This document shows positions 1 through 14,160 of a stretch of DNA of 64,000 nucleotides, piece after piece (the first letter of the stretch is position 1; every line of letters begins with the position of its first letter). The position numbers were made by a program, and so were the translations under genes. The notes beneath the pieces are model-generated. The model searched no databases. It was not told the origin of the DNA and saw only the letters and a list, made by a program, of their open reading frames with translations. Source of the DNA: Eledone cirrhosa (lineage: Eukaryota). Location of the stretch: contig OZ024748.1 of the NCBI GenBank assembly GCA_964016885.1, positions 18,724,001-18,788,000 on the forward strand. Reading direction: 5' to 3'.

Positions 1-2394
1 TTATCATTATTATTAGCGCAGTGGATTGGCAGTATTGGTAGAGCATCAGACATCATGATTTGCAACATAGTTATGGCTCTTTATGTTTTGAGTTCAAATC
101 CTGCCGAGGTTTGCCTTTCATCCTTACAGGATCGATTTAATCGACTTTCCTCTCCCCATAAATTGCTGGCCTTGTGTCTATAGTAGAAATTATTATTATT
201 ACATCCATTATGTACTGAGTTCAAATCCTACTGAGGTTAGCTTTGTTTTTCATCCTTATGAGGTCGATAAAATAAAGCACCAGTAATGCACTGGAGTCTA
301 TTTAATCGATTTTTCCTGCCTCCCCAAAATTGTTGGCCTAGTGCCTGAATCAGAAACCATTATTATTATCAATATTGGACAATACTGCTGCAATTATAAT
401 AGAAATTTTTTTATTTTATATTTTTTACTTGACTCAAAACTTTTTACTTGATAAGTTGAATAAAGTAAAATGAGGGACATGGTGTGGACTCTAGAAATGT
501 TACTCTCATACATCAATATATTACTGGTATTTAATATATATATTAACTCAGAAAGAATTTGAATTTAGGAAAGTGAAGCTCTGAGACTAAGATAATGTGA
601 TTGTTATTTAGTTCTCAGCTTAGCCTTGATCAAACAGACAGACCATATGATCAAATACTTTCCAACCATGACTGTCACCCCAGGTTCACATGAATAAGAC
701 CCTATTTAGAGAGAACAAAGTAATTTATTTTTTCACCTCGAATTTTTTACTTTTTACCAGCAGACCTTTATTTTTTTACCTACTCCTCCCCCTAACTAAA
801 CCCCTCTTAATGGAAGTCATGTTTTTAATTATTTATTTGCAGTCCTGTTTCTATAAAATTGGGAATTAAAGGAACCTTTTTATTAGTACCAGGGGGTGAA
901 TTGAAGGTGTATGAACCAGGGATGGAGTGGATAGGATGGAGGTTAAACATCTACGCTGGGGGGGGGGGGGGGGTAATCATCATTAATTCTACAAATTCAT
1001 AAATATGTCATTTATATTAAATTACTGATTTAGTTTTAAGTCTTAAACCATTTATTTTCATATGTGAGTTTTATATATAGTTCATCAGTTGGTAGTTTCA
1101 ATTTTAAATATGAGGAGAATTTGGCCCAGTCAAGACACATGGCCTAGCATGTTAAGATGCTGGACTTGTGATTGTAAAATCATGAGTTCGATTCCTGGGC
1201 TAGGCAATGTGTTTTGTCCTTGAGCAAGACACATTGTTCCTGTTCACTGCTCAGCTGAAAATAAAAAGATGAGTACCAGCAAAAGCTGGGGTTTAATACT
1301 GTGATAAACTGGCATTCCTTCCAATCACTTAATACCAATAAAATTAAGATAAATTCTGATCTGAACCTCTGAGTTTTGGGCAGATTTTGGCCATGTGTGA
1401 AGACTTCCTCATCTGTTCTCTAAACTGATGGAATATTTTTTTATAATCTTTTTTTCGTTATTTTTACATCCCAGATTGGTGCTAACTGATTTAGATAACA
1501 TGTCTTTCGTTTTTCTTTTTTCTTTTTGTTGTTTTTCATAAATTAAGTATTTCCATAGATGTATATATTAATAATCATTAGTTTGGTGTATTTAGGAGAA
1601 GGTGGGGGTGCAAGTGTGAAGGGGGAATTAGATGAAAAGTTGTGATGTTGATGCCTTTCCTAAAGACGATATTAACAATGTAATTGCTATGTAACAATCC
1701 CAACTGAGATGTACACACTCATCTCATCTGCTTACTTGAAATATCATCTATTTAGCCCTCCCACTCTACACACCATTCACGCCATAAAATATGTCATCTA
1801 GTGCTATCATCAACCTTTGAGTTTTTACTTAACACCTCTATACTTCCTCTCTTTCTCCACGCACATGTCCTCTCTGTCTCTGTTTCTTCTTTCTGTCTTT
1901 ACACACATAGTCTCTATCACGTATAATATATAAATCTGTGTACTTGTGTAATATATAACTGTGTATAATATATAACTGTATGTATGTATATAAATAATAT
2001 ATATCTATGTATGTATGTATGTATACATCTGTAATATATAACTGTATACATGTATAATATATAATTGTGTATATAGGCTAGTTCAAATAGCTGGTCTACT
2101 GCATGTAGAATATGATAAATGGCAACTTTGTGGAAGACAATCGTGTGTGTATATGCATGCGTGTGTGTGTATGTGTGTCTCATGTAACTTAGTGGTTGAT
2201 TAAGAATATTGATGAAATAAATACTAGAGTTGATACTGACTTAAATCCCTTTTGTGGTGCTCCATCATGGCCATAGTCTGAGTAAAACCAGGTAACGAAC
2301 ACTAGATCCTTTTCTGATTTTTTGGTGGTGTTGTTCTTGAGATGGTATAGATTCAACTTTGTTTTAACAGAACCATACTATGTAAGTAGCTGGT

Positions 2395-2849
2395 AAAAGG
2401 GTATATCCCCCATTTAGCTTTGTTTTAACAGAACAACAGTACATTAAAGGGTATAGCTCCCATTTAACCCTGGTTCAGGTTCAACTAAACAACAGTACAC
2501 ATTAAAGGGTATAGCTCCTATTTAACCTGGGTTCAACAGTCACAGTACATTAAAGGATATAGCTCCCGTTTAACACTGGTTCAACAGAGCCACAGTACAT
2601 TAAATGATATAGCTCCCTTTTAACACTGGTTCAACAGAGCCACAGTACATTAAAAGATATAGCTCCCATTTAACCCTGGTTCAACAGAACAACTACATTA
2701 AAGGGTATAGCTCCCATTTAACTCGGGTTCAACTGAACAACAGTACATTATAGGGTGTAGCTCTCATTTAACCCTGGTTCGACAGAGCCGTAGTACACTG
2801 TAATGTATAGTCCCTATTTAACCCTGGTTCAACAGAGCCACAGTACATA
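2395..2849. repeat. 50-bp minisatellite, about 9 copies
   Basis: CACAGTACATTAAAGGATATAGCTCCCATTTAACCCTGGTTCAACAGAGC units. Confidence 0.9.
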
Positions 2850-5287
2850 GGTAGCTGGTTAATTGTTTGTCTGTCATCTACAGATCAACAACTCATACCT
2901 CCATCTTTACCTTACTATACACACACTAACATGCAGTAGCTTATTGTGACTGTGTGTTTGTGTATACATATGTGTATGTATGTATACATATATGTATGTG
3001 CTCATGTCTGGCTGTGTGTGTGTGTACATATGCATCTGTGTTTCATCATCATCATCATTTAACGTCTATCTTCCACGCTAGCTATATATATGTGTGTCTC
3101 ATTGCGTATGTATGTATGTATGTATACGTGTTTTACTGTGTGTGTATGTCAGTCTGGCTATGTTGTATTTTCTCTGCTGTGTTAGCAATAGCAGCTATAT
3201 CTCCCTCAAATCAGACTTTACTGTCCTCAAAACAAATGGGATGGTCACGGTTGGAATGCCTCTTGATCATGTGTGTCTACTCAATTAAAGCTGACCTATG
3301 GCTAAACAACAGCTGTACTGCTTTAGTTGATATTTTTTAAAGAGAAAAAAAAAAAATTAACAGTACTGGATGAACCCAAACCAAATGGCAGCAGCTTTAT
3401 CTCCACCTCCTCTCTCTCTCCACCTCATCTTCTCTCCACCTCCTCTCTCTCTCCTCTCCTCTCTCTCCTCCTCTCTTTCTCTGCTTCTCTCCTCTCTCTC
3501 TCTGCTTCTCTCCTCTCTCTCTGCTTCTCTCTCTCTCCTCTTCCACTATACCCTACTCCTCAGTTAACGTCATTCAAAGCCATTCTAGTACTACCTTTCT
3601 CTCTCTGTCACTCTACCCCCTCCCCCCAATCTCTTGATCTCTCTCCTATCCTCTCCTCTCACTCAGGTGTACCATGTATATTCATAATTTGTCTATTTAC
3701 ACCTGTTGGAAAGTTATTCATTTTTATTTATTATTATTATTATAATCAATATATTCGACTTTGCCTCCCCTTCAAATTGCTGGCCTTGTGCTTTAATCAG
3801 AATCCATTATTATTATGGCTGCTAACAAACCTTACCTAAACACTATTATTATTTACATGCATCCCCTTCCATAAACTAAAACAGTATTATTTGCTAATTA
3901 GAATCATTTTCTTACACCCTGATAAATCTGTGTCAGCTTTATTATGTATTATAATAATTGTTATTATTATTATTATTGCAGAATCAGTGGAACATTAAAT
4001 TAATTGCCATATACATACATGGTACATTAGTTAAGTATTTTTATGAATTTTATGATCTGAATTCAAATCCTGTTGAAGTCAATTTTGCCTTTCATTCATT
4101 TGTGGTTGATATAATAGAATACCAGTGAAGTACTGGGGTAAATTTAATCAACTTTCCCATTCTCCTCAAATTGCTGACTTTGTGCCTAAATTAGAAACCA
4201 GAGGGCAGAATCATTAAAGTGTTGAACAAAATGTTTTGTGGCATTTGTTATTCTGAAGTCAACTTTGCTTTTTATCTTTCCAGGGTTGATAAAATAAAGC
4301 ATTAATTAAATACTGTGTTTGAATTAATTGACTTTCCCTTCCTTCAAACATTGCTAGCCTTGTGCCAAAATTAGAAGCTTATTATTGTTATTATTATATT
4401 TGTATTTTTCTTCTACCTTCAGTTTTGTTTCCATTTTGTGCCAACACCTAGAATAGAGAAATTTGCTGCATACATTGATAAGCCTAAAAAATAAACACAC
4501 TAGATTCTTTGTGTCATGCACTTTACACTGCTACAAGTATATCATTTGCTTTATACATACATATGCACATTATCTGTTTAAAATTATTATTACAACAGAA
4601 TGATAATCAATCATGTAAGAGTACACAATTATTTACAACTTACATAATTATGGAATATAATCTAATAAAGTTATGTAAAAAAATAGATGATTATCTTTCT
4701 CACAGCGATAGTGCTCAACTCAATACATGTGCTGTATTAGTTAAAACAATATTTTGCACTTCTTGCAGTGATAGTAAGCCAGGGATCATTCTAAAATAAT
4801 TTTCTGCTCCTTTTTTAAAAATTATTCCTACTATTCCTACTGGTATTGTAACCACCTTGAGAGGCTGCATTTTTTTTCAATTTCAATGAGTAAATCTTTA
4901 TATTTTCTGAGCTGTCAAATTTTTTTGCTGCAATATTGTAATCACATGGGATGCTTATATCAATCAATAAATAGACTTTGTTATTTTGGTATTTTACAAT
5001 AACATCCTGTCTATTAACTTTGATGGTTCTCTCTGTATGTACATTATTATTATTATTATTATTATATCAAAATCAGTCGGACATCTGATTTTGCCTTTCA
5101 ACAGGGTTGGGTGGGTGCAATAAAATAAAGTACCAGTCATGTACTGGTGTTGATATAATTGACTCCTATAACTATACTCCATCCTCCTAAACCATGTGAC
5201 CATTGTGTCTTGTGGTAGAAACCAGTATTATTTTTTTTTATTATGCCAGAATTGGTACAAATTGCCATGTATTAATTAGTTATGTTC

Positions 5288-5356
5288 TGGCACAAGGCCA
5301 GCAATTACCCCAGTGTATTACTGTAATACACTGGGATAATTGCTGGCCTTGTGCCA
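5288..5356. repeat. 69-bp palindrome made of two SINE A tails
   Basis: 34-bp arms, 1 mismatch, 1-nt centre. Confidence 0.9.
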
Positions 5357-5713
5357 AAAATAGAAACAATTATTTAGTTATGTTCTGTGTTTAAATCCAG
5401 CCAATGTTGACCTTGCCTTTTATCATTCTGTGGTCGATGCAATTGCTTACCTCCACCCATCCCCTCATATTTGTGGCCTTCTTGTTCATGCTAGAAACTA
5501 TAAATTATCATTGTTTTCGTCCTGCGCTGTCATGTTTTTTTGTTTTTTTTTTAATGTAAACCCATTGTGGTTAATAAAGAAATTATTATTGTTTATCATT
5601 GTTGCTATAAAATCCAGGTGTTTTATGCTGGGTTCAAAACATTTTTATCCCCATGTGGGGTGTTATTCAAACACGTGAACATCTGCTAACATATGTTCAT
5701 AGATATATTTATA

Positions 5714-5747
<34 letters not shown>

Positions 5748-6849
5748 AATAATAAATGGAACTTCCATGAACATTCTAGTATAAGTGGCTGAATATTCCA
5801 CAGATGTGTATGCCCTTAACATAATTCTCAGAAACAGCTTGACAAAGTATGTGTCAAGGTTTGTCCTTTGAATTACACTATAGTACAAAATAAACTGTAC
5901 TTGTAAGTGGCTGAGTATTCCACAGACATGTGGGTCCATAACACAATTCTCATAATTCCAGCTACAATCCATCTAATGGGCTTCCACATAGTATCTGTTT
6001 ACCCAATTTCACTCACATGGCTTTAACCAGTTTGAGGCTATAGTAAAAGACACTTGACCAAGATGCCACACAATGGGATCAAATAATAAACAGACCTCCT
6101 GATAATTTCATACACATTGAATTATTATATTAGAAGTGGCTGAGTATTCCACAGACTTTTGTACCTACCCATAACACATGAATTACTGGTACAGTCCATC
6201 TGGGATGATTCCATACAGGTTCTTTTCATGCAGTTTTCCTCACAAGGCTTGGCAAGTCAGTTTAAGGCTGTTAGCAATTGTAAAAAGATACTTGCTCAAG
6301 ATGCCATGCAGTGGGATCAAACCTGAGACCTTACTATTGTGAAGCAAACTTCACACACACACATCATGACTGTCTATTTTACACACAATCTTAACCATTT
6401 AGCCATGGCTGTCTATTTTTATACACACATACCCCCTAAATACATACACGCACACACTCATCATGGCTGTGTCCATTTGTACACACACCCACCCACACAC
6501 AACCATTTAACCATGACTGAGTCCATTTTTACACATAGATCCACACACACACATTTATACAGACTATATGCTCACTAAAATACCACAGTGACTACTATTC
6601 TTAAAGAAACATGTCTATTGTAAACAAATTTCAATATTACAAAATCTTGATAAATTGTTTATAATAAAGAAATTACTGACAAATTATAATTTCATTATCA
6701 AAAAATTAGTTTGACTTGTTGTTTATTCTTTTACCATTTTCTATTTAAAATTTTTTTTTTTTATTGGATTATCAGTTAATCAAATAATTTGAAACTATTT
6801 AATGTCTTGTTGTTGTATAGTTTCTTGTATTATTTTGCTGGTGGCCAGG

Positions 6850-7065
6850 GCAATGGATTGGCAGAATCGGTAGAGCGTCGGACAACATGCTTTGTGGTAT
6901 TTAGTTATGGCCTTTTGTGTTCTGAGTTCAAATCCTGCCCAGGTCAACTTTGCCTTTCAACCTAATAGGATCGATAAAATAAAGTACCAATAATGTACTG
7001 GAGTCCATTTAATCGACTTTCCTTTTCCCACAAATTGCTGGCCTTGTGCCTAAATTAGAAACGAT
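6850..7065 (+). mobile_element. SINE family A (representative of more than 20 copies or fragments)
   Basis: TGGCAGAATCGGTAGAGC...GAGTTCAAATCC...CTTTGCCTTTCA...TTGCTGGCCTTGTGCC. Further copies near 15, 3980, 4200, 7975, 10200, 11970 (+) and 32160, 39960, 53400, 54560, 57415 (-). Confidence 0.85.
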
Positions 7066-8374
7066 TACTATCATCATCATCACCAATAGCAGGCTGATGA
7101 ATAATTGGCAGTGTTAGACAAAATGCTTTGCAGTATTTGTTCCAGCTCTTAAGTGCCCAGAATGTTGTTGGCTGAATGATTAAGATTCTGAACAAAGGAT
7201 TTAAAGGTTGAAAGTTGAAAACTCATGATAGAGAGTGAAACACAACCAAAGGTCCAAACATGGAAGAGCCGAACTCCCACTGTTATCGCCTCCATCTTTC
7301 AAATCTTGCCCAGAGGTCAACTTTACCTTTCATCCATCCGAGGTTGATAAATTGAGAAATACCAGTAAAGTAATTGGGTCGAAATAAATACACCCCTCCC
7401 CCGAAAAAAAAATTACTGGCAGACGACACAGAAACCATTTCTATGCTAGGCTTAACTTTCCTCTCTCGTTCTTTCACTGCCGCCATGTTGTGTATAGCTC
7501 AGGGGGAGTAACTCTTTGTGACTTAGAGAAATAGAACTCTTCTGAGTTGTTTGACTTGATTCGAAATGGTGTGGTCGAAACCGAAGAGTCATTTCAGTTA
7601 TTTAAAACACATGCACACAGAATATCACTCACGTTTATAATTTATTTCAAAATAAATGAAAAGTATATTGTGAGTGAATTTAATAGTTTCTGTATCATTT
7701 TTAAATGGCTAAAATTACTTTTTCCAAAAGACAGCGAGTGCAGGGAATAAGAAAGATTCATTTTTTGACAACTATTTACAATATGGAAAGAAGCAAGGAA
7801 ATGATTTTATTTTTCTGCAAGACGTAAATGTTACGAATAGATCAAATAAAATAATGGAGAAGTTTCGAATTATCTTTTATTTAGTTGCAACAACCAAACT
7901 ATTAAAAGTCTACTTTTAAAAACTTAGGGCAACTGAGATTTAATCAATATTTTAAATACTGCTATACTGTGAATTGACAGAATCGTTGGAATGTCGGATA
8001 GAATGCTTTGTGGTATTTGTTTCGGCTCTCTGCTCTCTCAGTTCGAATCCAGCTGAGGTCAACTTTCATCCTTTCGAGGTCGATAAAATAAATAAATGTA
8101 CCAGTCTAGTACTGGGTTCGAGTCTTTCTCTATATATCTTTCTCACTTCCATTCTCTCACTCTTATTATCCTTCTCTGGAAGAAATGTGCTGTGTTCAAA
8201 CCTGTAGAGGAGATGGGCTTCACCAGGTTTTAAAATGCCGCATGTCACTACGGCATTATTACGACTCCATTAAGAGTTATGGGACCATTTCATACAGTTA
8301 CTCTTGACCCACATAAATAAAACTGCAAGGCATTATCCTACTGACGGAACTTTATGAAAGACAACCACACATTT

Positions 8375-8790
8375 ATAATAATAATAATAATAATAATGAA
8401 ATTATTGTGTACAGTGCTCAGGTGCACTACAACTCATCAAAGGTGCATGTATAGTACATAGAATAATGTACAAATGTCAGGAAAATAAACAGTGTATGAG
8501 TCATGATATAATAACAATAACGAAATATTGTGCACAGTGCCCAGGTGCACCACAACTCATCAAAAAAGTGCATGTACAGTACATAGGGCAATGCACAAAC
8601 ATCAGTAAAATGAACAGTGCACGAGTCATGATACACACATGTGTGCATGTGTATGGAAGGGGTACATCAGGTGTAGTTTTGGCGTATTTCGGGAAGCATG
8701 AATGTCTTAAAGGATGCAGTGTCTCAGCAGCTAACAATTGACGCAGGCAGTTTGTTCCATGCTTCAGCAACTCTGAGCGTGAAAAAATGT
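8375..8790 (-). mobile_element. CR1/L2-like LINE 3' fragment (same family)
   Basis: Nearly identical to 56610-57008; (TTA)n tail. Confidence 0.85.
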
Positions 8791-9302
8791 CTGCGATGAC
8801 ATTATATAGGAGTTTGGCGGAATTTACGGCAATGGCCAAGAGACGGGAAAAGATGGAGTGTGCTGGTCCATAAGTCCATCACTCCCGACCCTAAGATAAA
8901 AGGATAGGAAGAGAGCGAGCGATAAATCACACACCATAGCTATTTCATAACTCCAATTTTACATACAACATTTAGAAATGTACAATGTACCATATATATT
9001 AAACTGAGGTTTTGTACATAAGTGACACTTTCATTTTACATTCAACATTTACAATGTACCATATATTTCGAAATAGTGTTTTGTTAATTAACTGCCTCTC
9101 TGATTGATTTGTTGTTTACATATGCATGTACTATTATTACCTGTATAGAAACGATATATATATACACACACACACTGTATATAAAAAGTCAGTCGACAGA
9201 TATATGTATATATAAGTCGACTGATGAGAGGGGACTGCCTTGCTTTTCGTTCATTCTTCGCTCACCCTTTTTTAAAGCACACAGACACACACACACACAC
9301 AC

Positions 9303-9334
<32 letters not shown>

Positions 9335-9769
9335 GACAAATAACTTTGGAAATATATTTTGGCAAATTTGGATAATATCAGTTAGTATGATAATTATATT
9401 TTAATAATTTAACAGCGTTTTATAAAATTTCGCGCTGTTTATACACAAAAAATGTTAATATGAAAGGAAAAGACAAACTTAACAAAGAGAATGAAATATT
9501 TACCGGTGGCATGGTATCATTCTTTGCTGACTTTTCTTGTTCAATAATACTGTTGCTGTATTTTAACATTTATTTGAAAAACTTCACAACAAATATTTAA
9601 CATGTCGTCTGCTGTGTTAGTCACGTGACACTAACTTACCCACCCCCTCTCCATCTCTTTCGTCTGCTGTGTCGGTCGCGTGATACTGATTCTTCTGTTT
9701 GCCACTTCGGTATATATGTATGCATTGCATTGCAATGTATGTATGTATTGTATGTGTGTACGTATGTGA

Positions 9770-10073
9770 AGGCGCGTGGCTTTGTGGTTAGGGAATTCGG
9801 CTCACGATCGTAAGATTGTGAGTTCGATTCCTGGCGACGCACTGTGTCCTTGAGCAAGACACAGCACTTCACTCAGCTGGCAAAAATGCTTTGTACCTGT
9901 AATTCGAAGGGCCAGCCTTGTCACATTCTGTGTCATGCCGAATCTTCCTGAGAACTACGTTAAGGGGAAGCGTATTTGTGGAATGCTTAGCCACTTGCAC
10001 ATTAATTTCACGAGCAGGCTGTTCCGTTGGTCGGATCAACTGGAACACTCGTCGTCGTAACCGACGGAGTGCC
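9770..10073 (+). mobile_element. tRNA-headed SINE, family B, full length
   Basis: A box TGGCTTTGTGG, B box GAGTTCGATTC, shared TGTCCTTGAGCAAGACAC block; homologous copy at 23628-23915. Confidence 0.85.
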
Positions 10074-10456
10074 TTCCTTCCTTCCATGTATGTATTATGT
10101 ACGCATGTATGTATGAGACTGTGTTTGTAATTATACATCTATATGTATATATGTATAAGCAAAGTCATTCTTTTTTTTATTCCTCTATATCAAGTTTACA
10201 AGGCGGCGAATTGGTAAAGTCGTTAGAACGTCGTCGGCTAGAATTCTTTGCGGTATTCCTTTTGGTTCTCTGCTCTGAATTCAAATTCTAATTCTGCTGA
10301 TGGCGACTTTGTCTTTCATCCTTTTGTGGTCGATAAATAAAGTACCAGTCAAGTACTTGGATCAGTTCTTCCCCTCTTTATTTCTCTCTCTCTATATATG
10401 TATGTATGTTGTTAAATGTGACAGCGGACCAACACACAGAGAGGGTATCTATTATA

Positions 10457-10673
10457 CAGAGTCCCTCAATAAAATGTATACACACTTCAAGAAAATAAAA
10501 ATATGTACAACTATTTTAATACTAATTTACTACAGTACACAGTGTTATCGTAGTTTTATCAAACTTTCGAATGAGGTATTTATATTTATAGAGAGGTTTT
10601 TAAACAAATTAAATATTTATACAAGTTTTTCTTTTACTGAGGTGAGTATACATTTCTTTTTTGGCGGACTCTA
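10457..10673. mobile_element. Tc1/mariner-type MITE
   Basis: TA-flanked imperfect TIRs CAGAGTCCCTCAATAAAATGTATACACAC / GTGAGTATACATTT...GGACTCTA. Confidence 0.6.
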
Positions 10674-11499
10674 TATACTAAAGATGGCGTCAGACACCAT
10701 GCTTTGCAGGATGGAGTTATGGTACTTTACGTTCTGAGTTCAAATTCCGCCGAGGTTAACTTTGCCTTTCATCCTTACGAGGTCGGTAAAATAAAGTGCC
10801 AATAATGCACTGGGTAATTGCTGGTCTTGTGCCAAATGTAGGAACAATTATATAACAACAGTTCTCGAAGTTAAAATGTACGGTTCTTAGGTTAATAATA
10901 GAAATTAATGCCTAAGTGTATTCGTGAGTGAATAATAATAATATTATTAATATTCGGTTTGTTTGCAAGCAAACAGCCTCATAGACTCAATGTGTGTTTT
11001 CTAGATGACGATATCATCCTTTTGTTCCAGCGGTAGCTAAGAGAAAAGGGTCGACAATTGTTTCTGAGTTTTTGCTCCTTATCGAAACTATATTCTCGTC
11101 ACTGTTGCCTGTCTCAAGAAGAGAAACAAGGGAAACAACTCTAATCAGAAAAATAGTATTATTTTTTGTCGAGTGAGTTATCGTCCTTGCAAATTTGATT
11201 ATTAAAAGTCAAAAGAGGACGTCTTATCTGCGGTTAAGAGCTAATTGAAAGATTTTACTGAAAGTAATTAAATAGACATATATGCACAAGGCTGGATTAA
11301 CCATTAAGCAAAATAAATACTGCCATCAAGATATGAGGGTCAGCATTTTATATTTTATTCTAATTAAAATATATTTGTCATTTCCCAAAACAATTTTAGG
11401 CAGACTTTATATATATGGGAGTCGCCATAATCTTTTGAGTGCTTTGGGTCACAGAGTGTGTGTGTGTGTGTGGTTGTGACGGTGTAACAGTAAATGTAA

Positions 11500-11672
11500 T
11501 CACTGAGAAAGAAAGGTCCAGTCACAGCGAGTTTTGAAACGGTCAAACTGTAATCCTGGTGGACAGAACTTTAGTAAAACCTTATTGTCAAGACACACAA
11601 GGTAGGAGGAATTACTGCTGGGATTTGGAAGAATATCAAATGGAGAACGGCATCGCGGGTCTGGTAGAGATT
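11500..11672 (-). CDS. Chitin-binding gene exon 3 (4-Cys CBM14)
   Basis: Long pyrimidine tract-cag|SLPDPRCRSPFDILPNPSSNSSYLVCLDNKVLLKFCPPGLQFDRFKTRCDWTFLSQ*. Confidence 0.87.
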
Positions 11673-14160
11673 CTGAGACAAGAAGAAGAGGAAGAAAATA
11701 TCAGCTATATCAAGCATCATCATCGTCACTACTACTACTGCTGCTGCTACTACTACTACTACTACCATCGCTACTACTACTACTACTAGGTTACCTAAGG
11801 CAGGGTTTCCCAAACTGTTTCAATGCGGAACCCTTTTTGGTTCAGAAACCTTTGGGGTTTCCCCAAAGTCTAATACTGTTATAGGGTTGTGATATAAATA
11901 TACTCCTCTACCTTTTTTCATGGAACCCCAGACATAGTTAAACTCTTGGCTTCTGTGGAACCCTCTTTGGGGCAGTGGATTGGCAGATTCAGTAGAGCAT
12001 TGGACAAAATGCCTTGTAGCATTTAGTTACAACTTTCTACATTCTAAGTTCAATTTCTGCAGAGGTCAACTTTGCCTTCCATTTTTCCAGGGTCGATAAA
12101 ATAAAGCACCAGTTAAGTACTGGGGTCAATATAATTGACTTTGCCCTTTCCCCTAAATTGCTGGCCTTCTGCTAATGTTAGAAAGAATTATCACTAATTA
12201 AACATATGGAAATTCTGCAGTTTAATTAAAAACAACCACTAAGTATTAAAGATTAATATGATATTTAAAATCCCTACCACTTTCTCCTTCTCTCTCTCAC
12301 ATACACACACACTTTTACCACCCCCTTCCCATAAAGACTTGTTACAGCATGGAATTAAAACAAATAAATTAGTACTGAGGTCAATATAATTGATTTTGCC
12401 CTTCCCCCCAAATTGCTGGCCTTGTGCTACTGTTATTGTAATTAACTTAACTTTAAATATCCTGTACCGATACATTATTGAAAAGTATAAAACAGTACTA
12501 TGACGGCATCACATACAAAAACTCAAGTCTCTGCTCTAATACCACAAATTTTCACAAAGATCTGTCCACTAGTAAATATACTATAAACATTTGAATTAGC
12601 AAACTTGTATTTAGATATTTTCTTCTAAATCATTACAGGACCCTTAGAGTTAAATACACGTAATTTACAAAATAAATACATAAATAATTAAAAACAAAAA
12701 AAAATCAAAACCTCTCAGGTATATTTTTTAATATATATCTTACCTGAGAAACTTCTAGCTGATATTAGACTATTGGTTGTTACCTCTCGGCAAGCAGGGT
12801 CATTACGAAGCACAGGTGGAGTTTGTGGACAAGGTTCATTAGGATCTCGAGACAAAGATGGGCAATTAGATTGACATTCAGGTACTTGCCAGGGGTAATC
12901 ACACACCATATAACGGGGGTTAAAAGCTGTACCTTTTGGACAGCTCAAGTGTTGCATCCACCCCCAGTTACATCTATAGAACTTATGGCAGTCCTTAGGG
13001 TCTCTCTTGTAGGCTCCATGTCTGAAACATCTTTCTGTGGAGCAGGGAAAGAAGAAATGAAAAAAATAAAGCATGGCAAGTGTATATGCGTGTGTTTATG
13101 TCTATGTGTCTCTCTTTGTGTTTCTCTGTGTGAGTATCTGTACATATATATTGTGCCATGCTGGATTTACCATTGTGATTAGGTGTGCTTAAGCACAGGG
13201 CCCCGATATCCGATGGGGGGGGGGGGGACCATCTCCCGGCCCCCGAAAGTTTTTACGATGAATTTTTCAAATGTTTGGGGCCTCATAACTTAACTAGCAC
13301 AGGGCCTCATTTGTCCTAAATCCAGCACTGTCTGTGTGTTTAGATGACTGATGCAATAGTGGTGGACTATATATTCAGAGAGAGGTTTGTGGGGATAGTA
13401 CAGATAATGGTGATCTAGATGTTGATAGAATGTAATGTACTGGACTATATGTCGAAATAGATTGTGGTGGCCTATATGACAAAATAGATAGTGGTGGCCT
13501 ATATGACAAAATAGATAGTGGTGGCCTATATGTTGATAAAGAGAATGGTGATGGTTTATGTGATGATAGAATATGTAGTAGTGATCTATATATGGTGATA
13601 GAATAGATAGTGTAGGTCTATATGTTGACAAAATAGATAGTAATGGTCTAAATGTAGAGAGAATTGACTGTGGTGGTTTATATATGTTGCTAAAATTGAT
13701 AGTAATGGTCTATATGTTAATAGAGTGGATAGTGGTGACTATATATAGTGATAGAATAGACAATAGTGATAGTGTTCTATACATGATGATAGAATAAATG
13801 GATACAGTCTATATGATGAAAATATTGAGTGAGAGGTGTCAAGGGTCACAATAGATATATTAACCCTTTAGCATTTACGTTACTCTATATTTACTATTGT
13901 ATTTTCACAGTAAAGTCTTTACCTCATATAATATTTAATCTATGAGATTTTTATATTATTTATTTTGAGAACAATACCTTAACATCAGTATGAGTAGCTA
14001 GTTACAGCATGTTTGAACAGAAAGAGGTGAGAGAAAATGGCCTGTTTGAAGCCTTTAGGGTTAAGATGAAAGATCTGTATATGAAGATCTACTTACCTGT
14101 AATTACAGGTGTTACAATATAGAATATTGAGAGAAGAATCCACTTCAGTGCAACAGACAT
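11500..14160 (-). CDS. Secreted chitin-binding protein with two CBM14/peritrophin-A domains (175 aa, 3 coding exons)
   Basis: join(14160..14097, 13034..12744, 11672..11500) is 528 nt, in frame, with phase-1 GT-AG introns. It encodes a hydrophobic N-terminus and two Cys-patterned ChtBD2 domains. Confidence 0.88.
12744..13034 (-). CDS. Chitin-binding gene exon 2 (6-Cys CBM14 plus Cys/Pro linker)
   Basis: RCFRHGAYKRDPKDCHKFYRCNWGWMQHLSCPKGTAFNPRYMVCDYPWQVPEC...SFS|gtaaga, 291 nt. Confidence 0.9.
13864..14060. mobile_element. piggyBac-type MITE
   Basis: TTAA|CCCTTTAGC ... TTTAGGG|TTAA termini. Confidence 0.6.
14097..14160 (-). CDS. Chitin-binding gene exon 1 (signal peptide)
   Basis: MSVALKWILLSIFYIVTPVIT-G|gtaagt, 64 nt. 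Confidence 0.82.

Noticed and set aside
1-8300. Protein-coding exons in the first 8 kb
   Set aside because: Only SINE fragments, microsatellites and a minisatellite were seen; small exons cannot be excluded
9215-9250. CTGATGA motif (also near 51918 and 53722)
   Set aside because: No correctly placed GAAA or closing helices, so not called hammerheads
9770-9845. tRNA gene
   Set aside because: A/B boxes run into a SINE body repeated elsewhere; no complete cloverleaf
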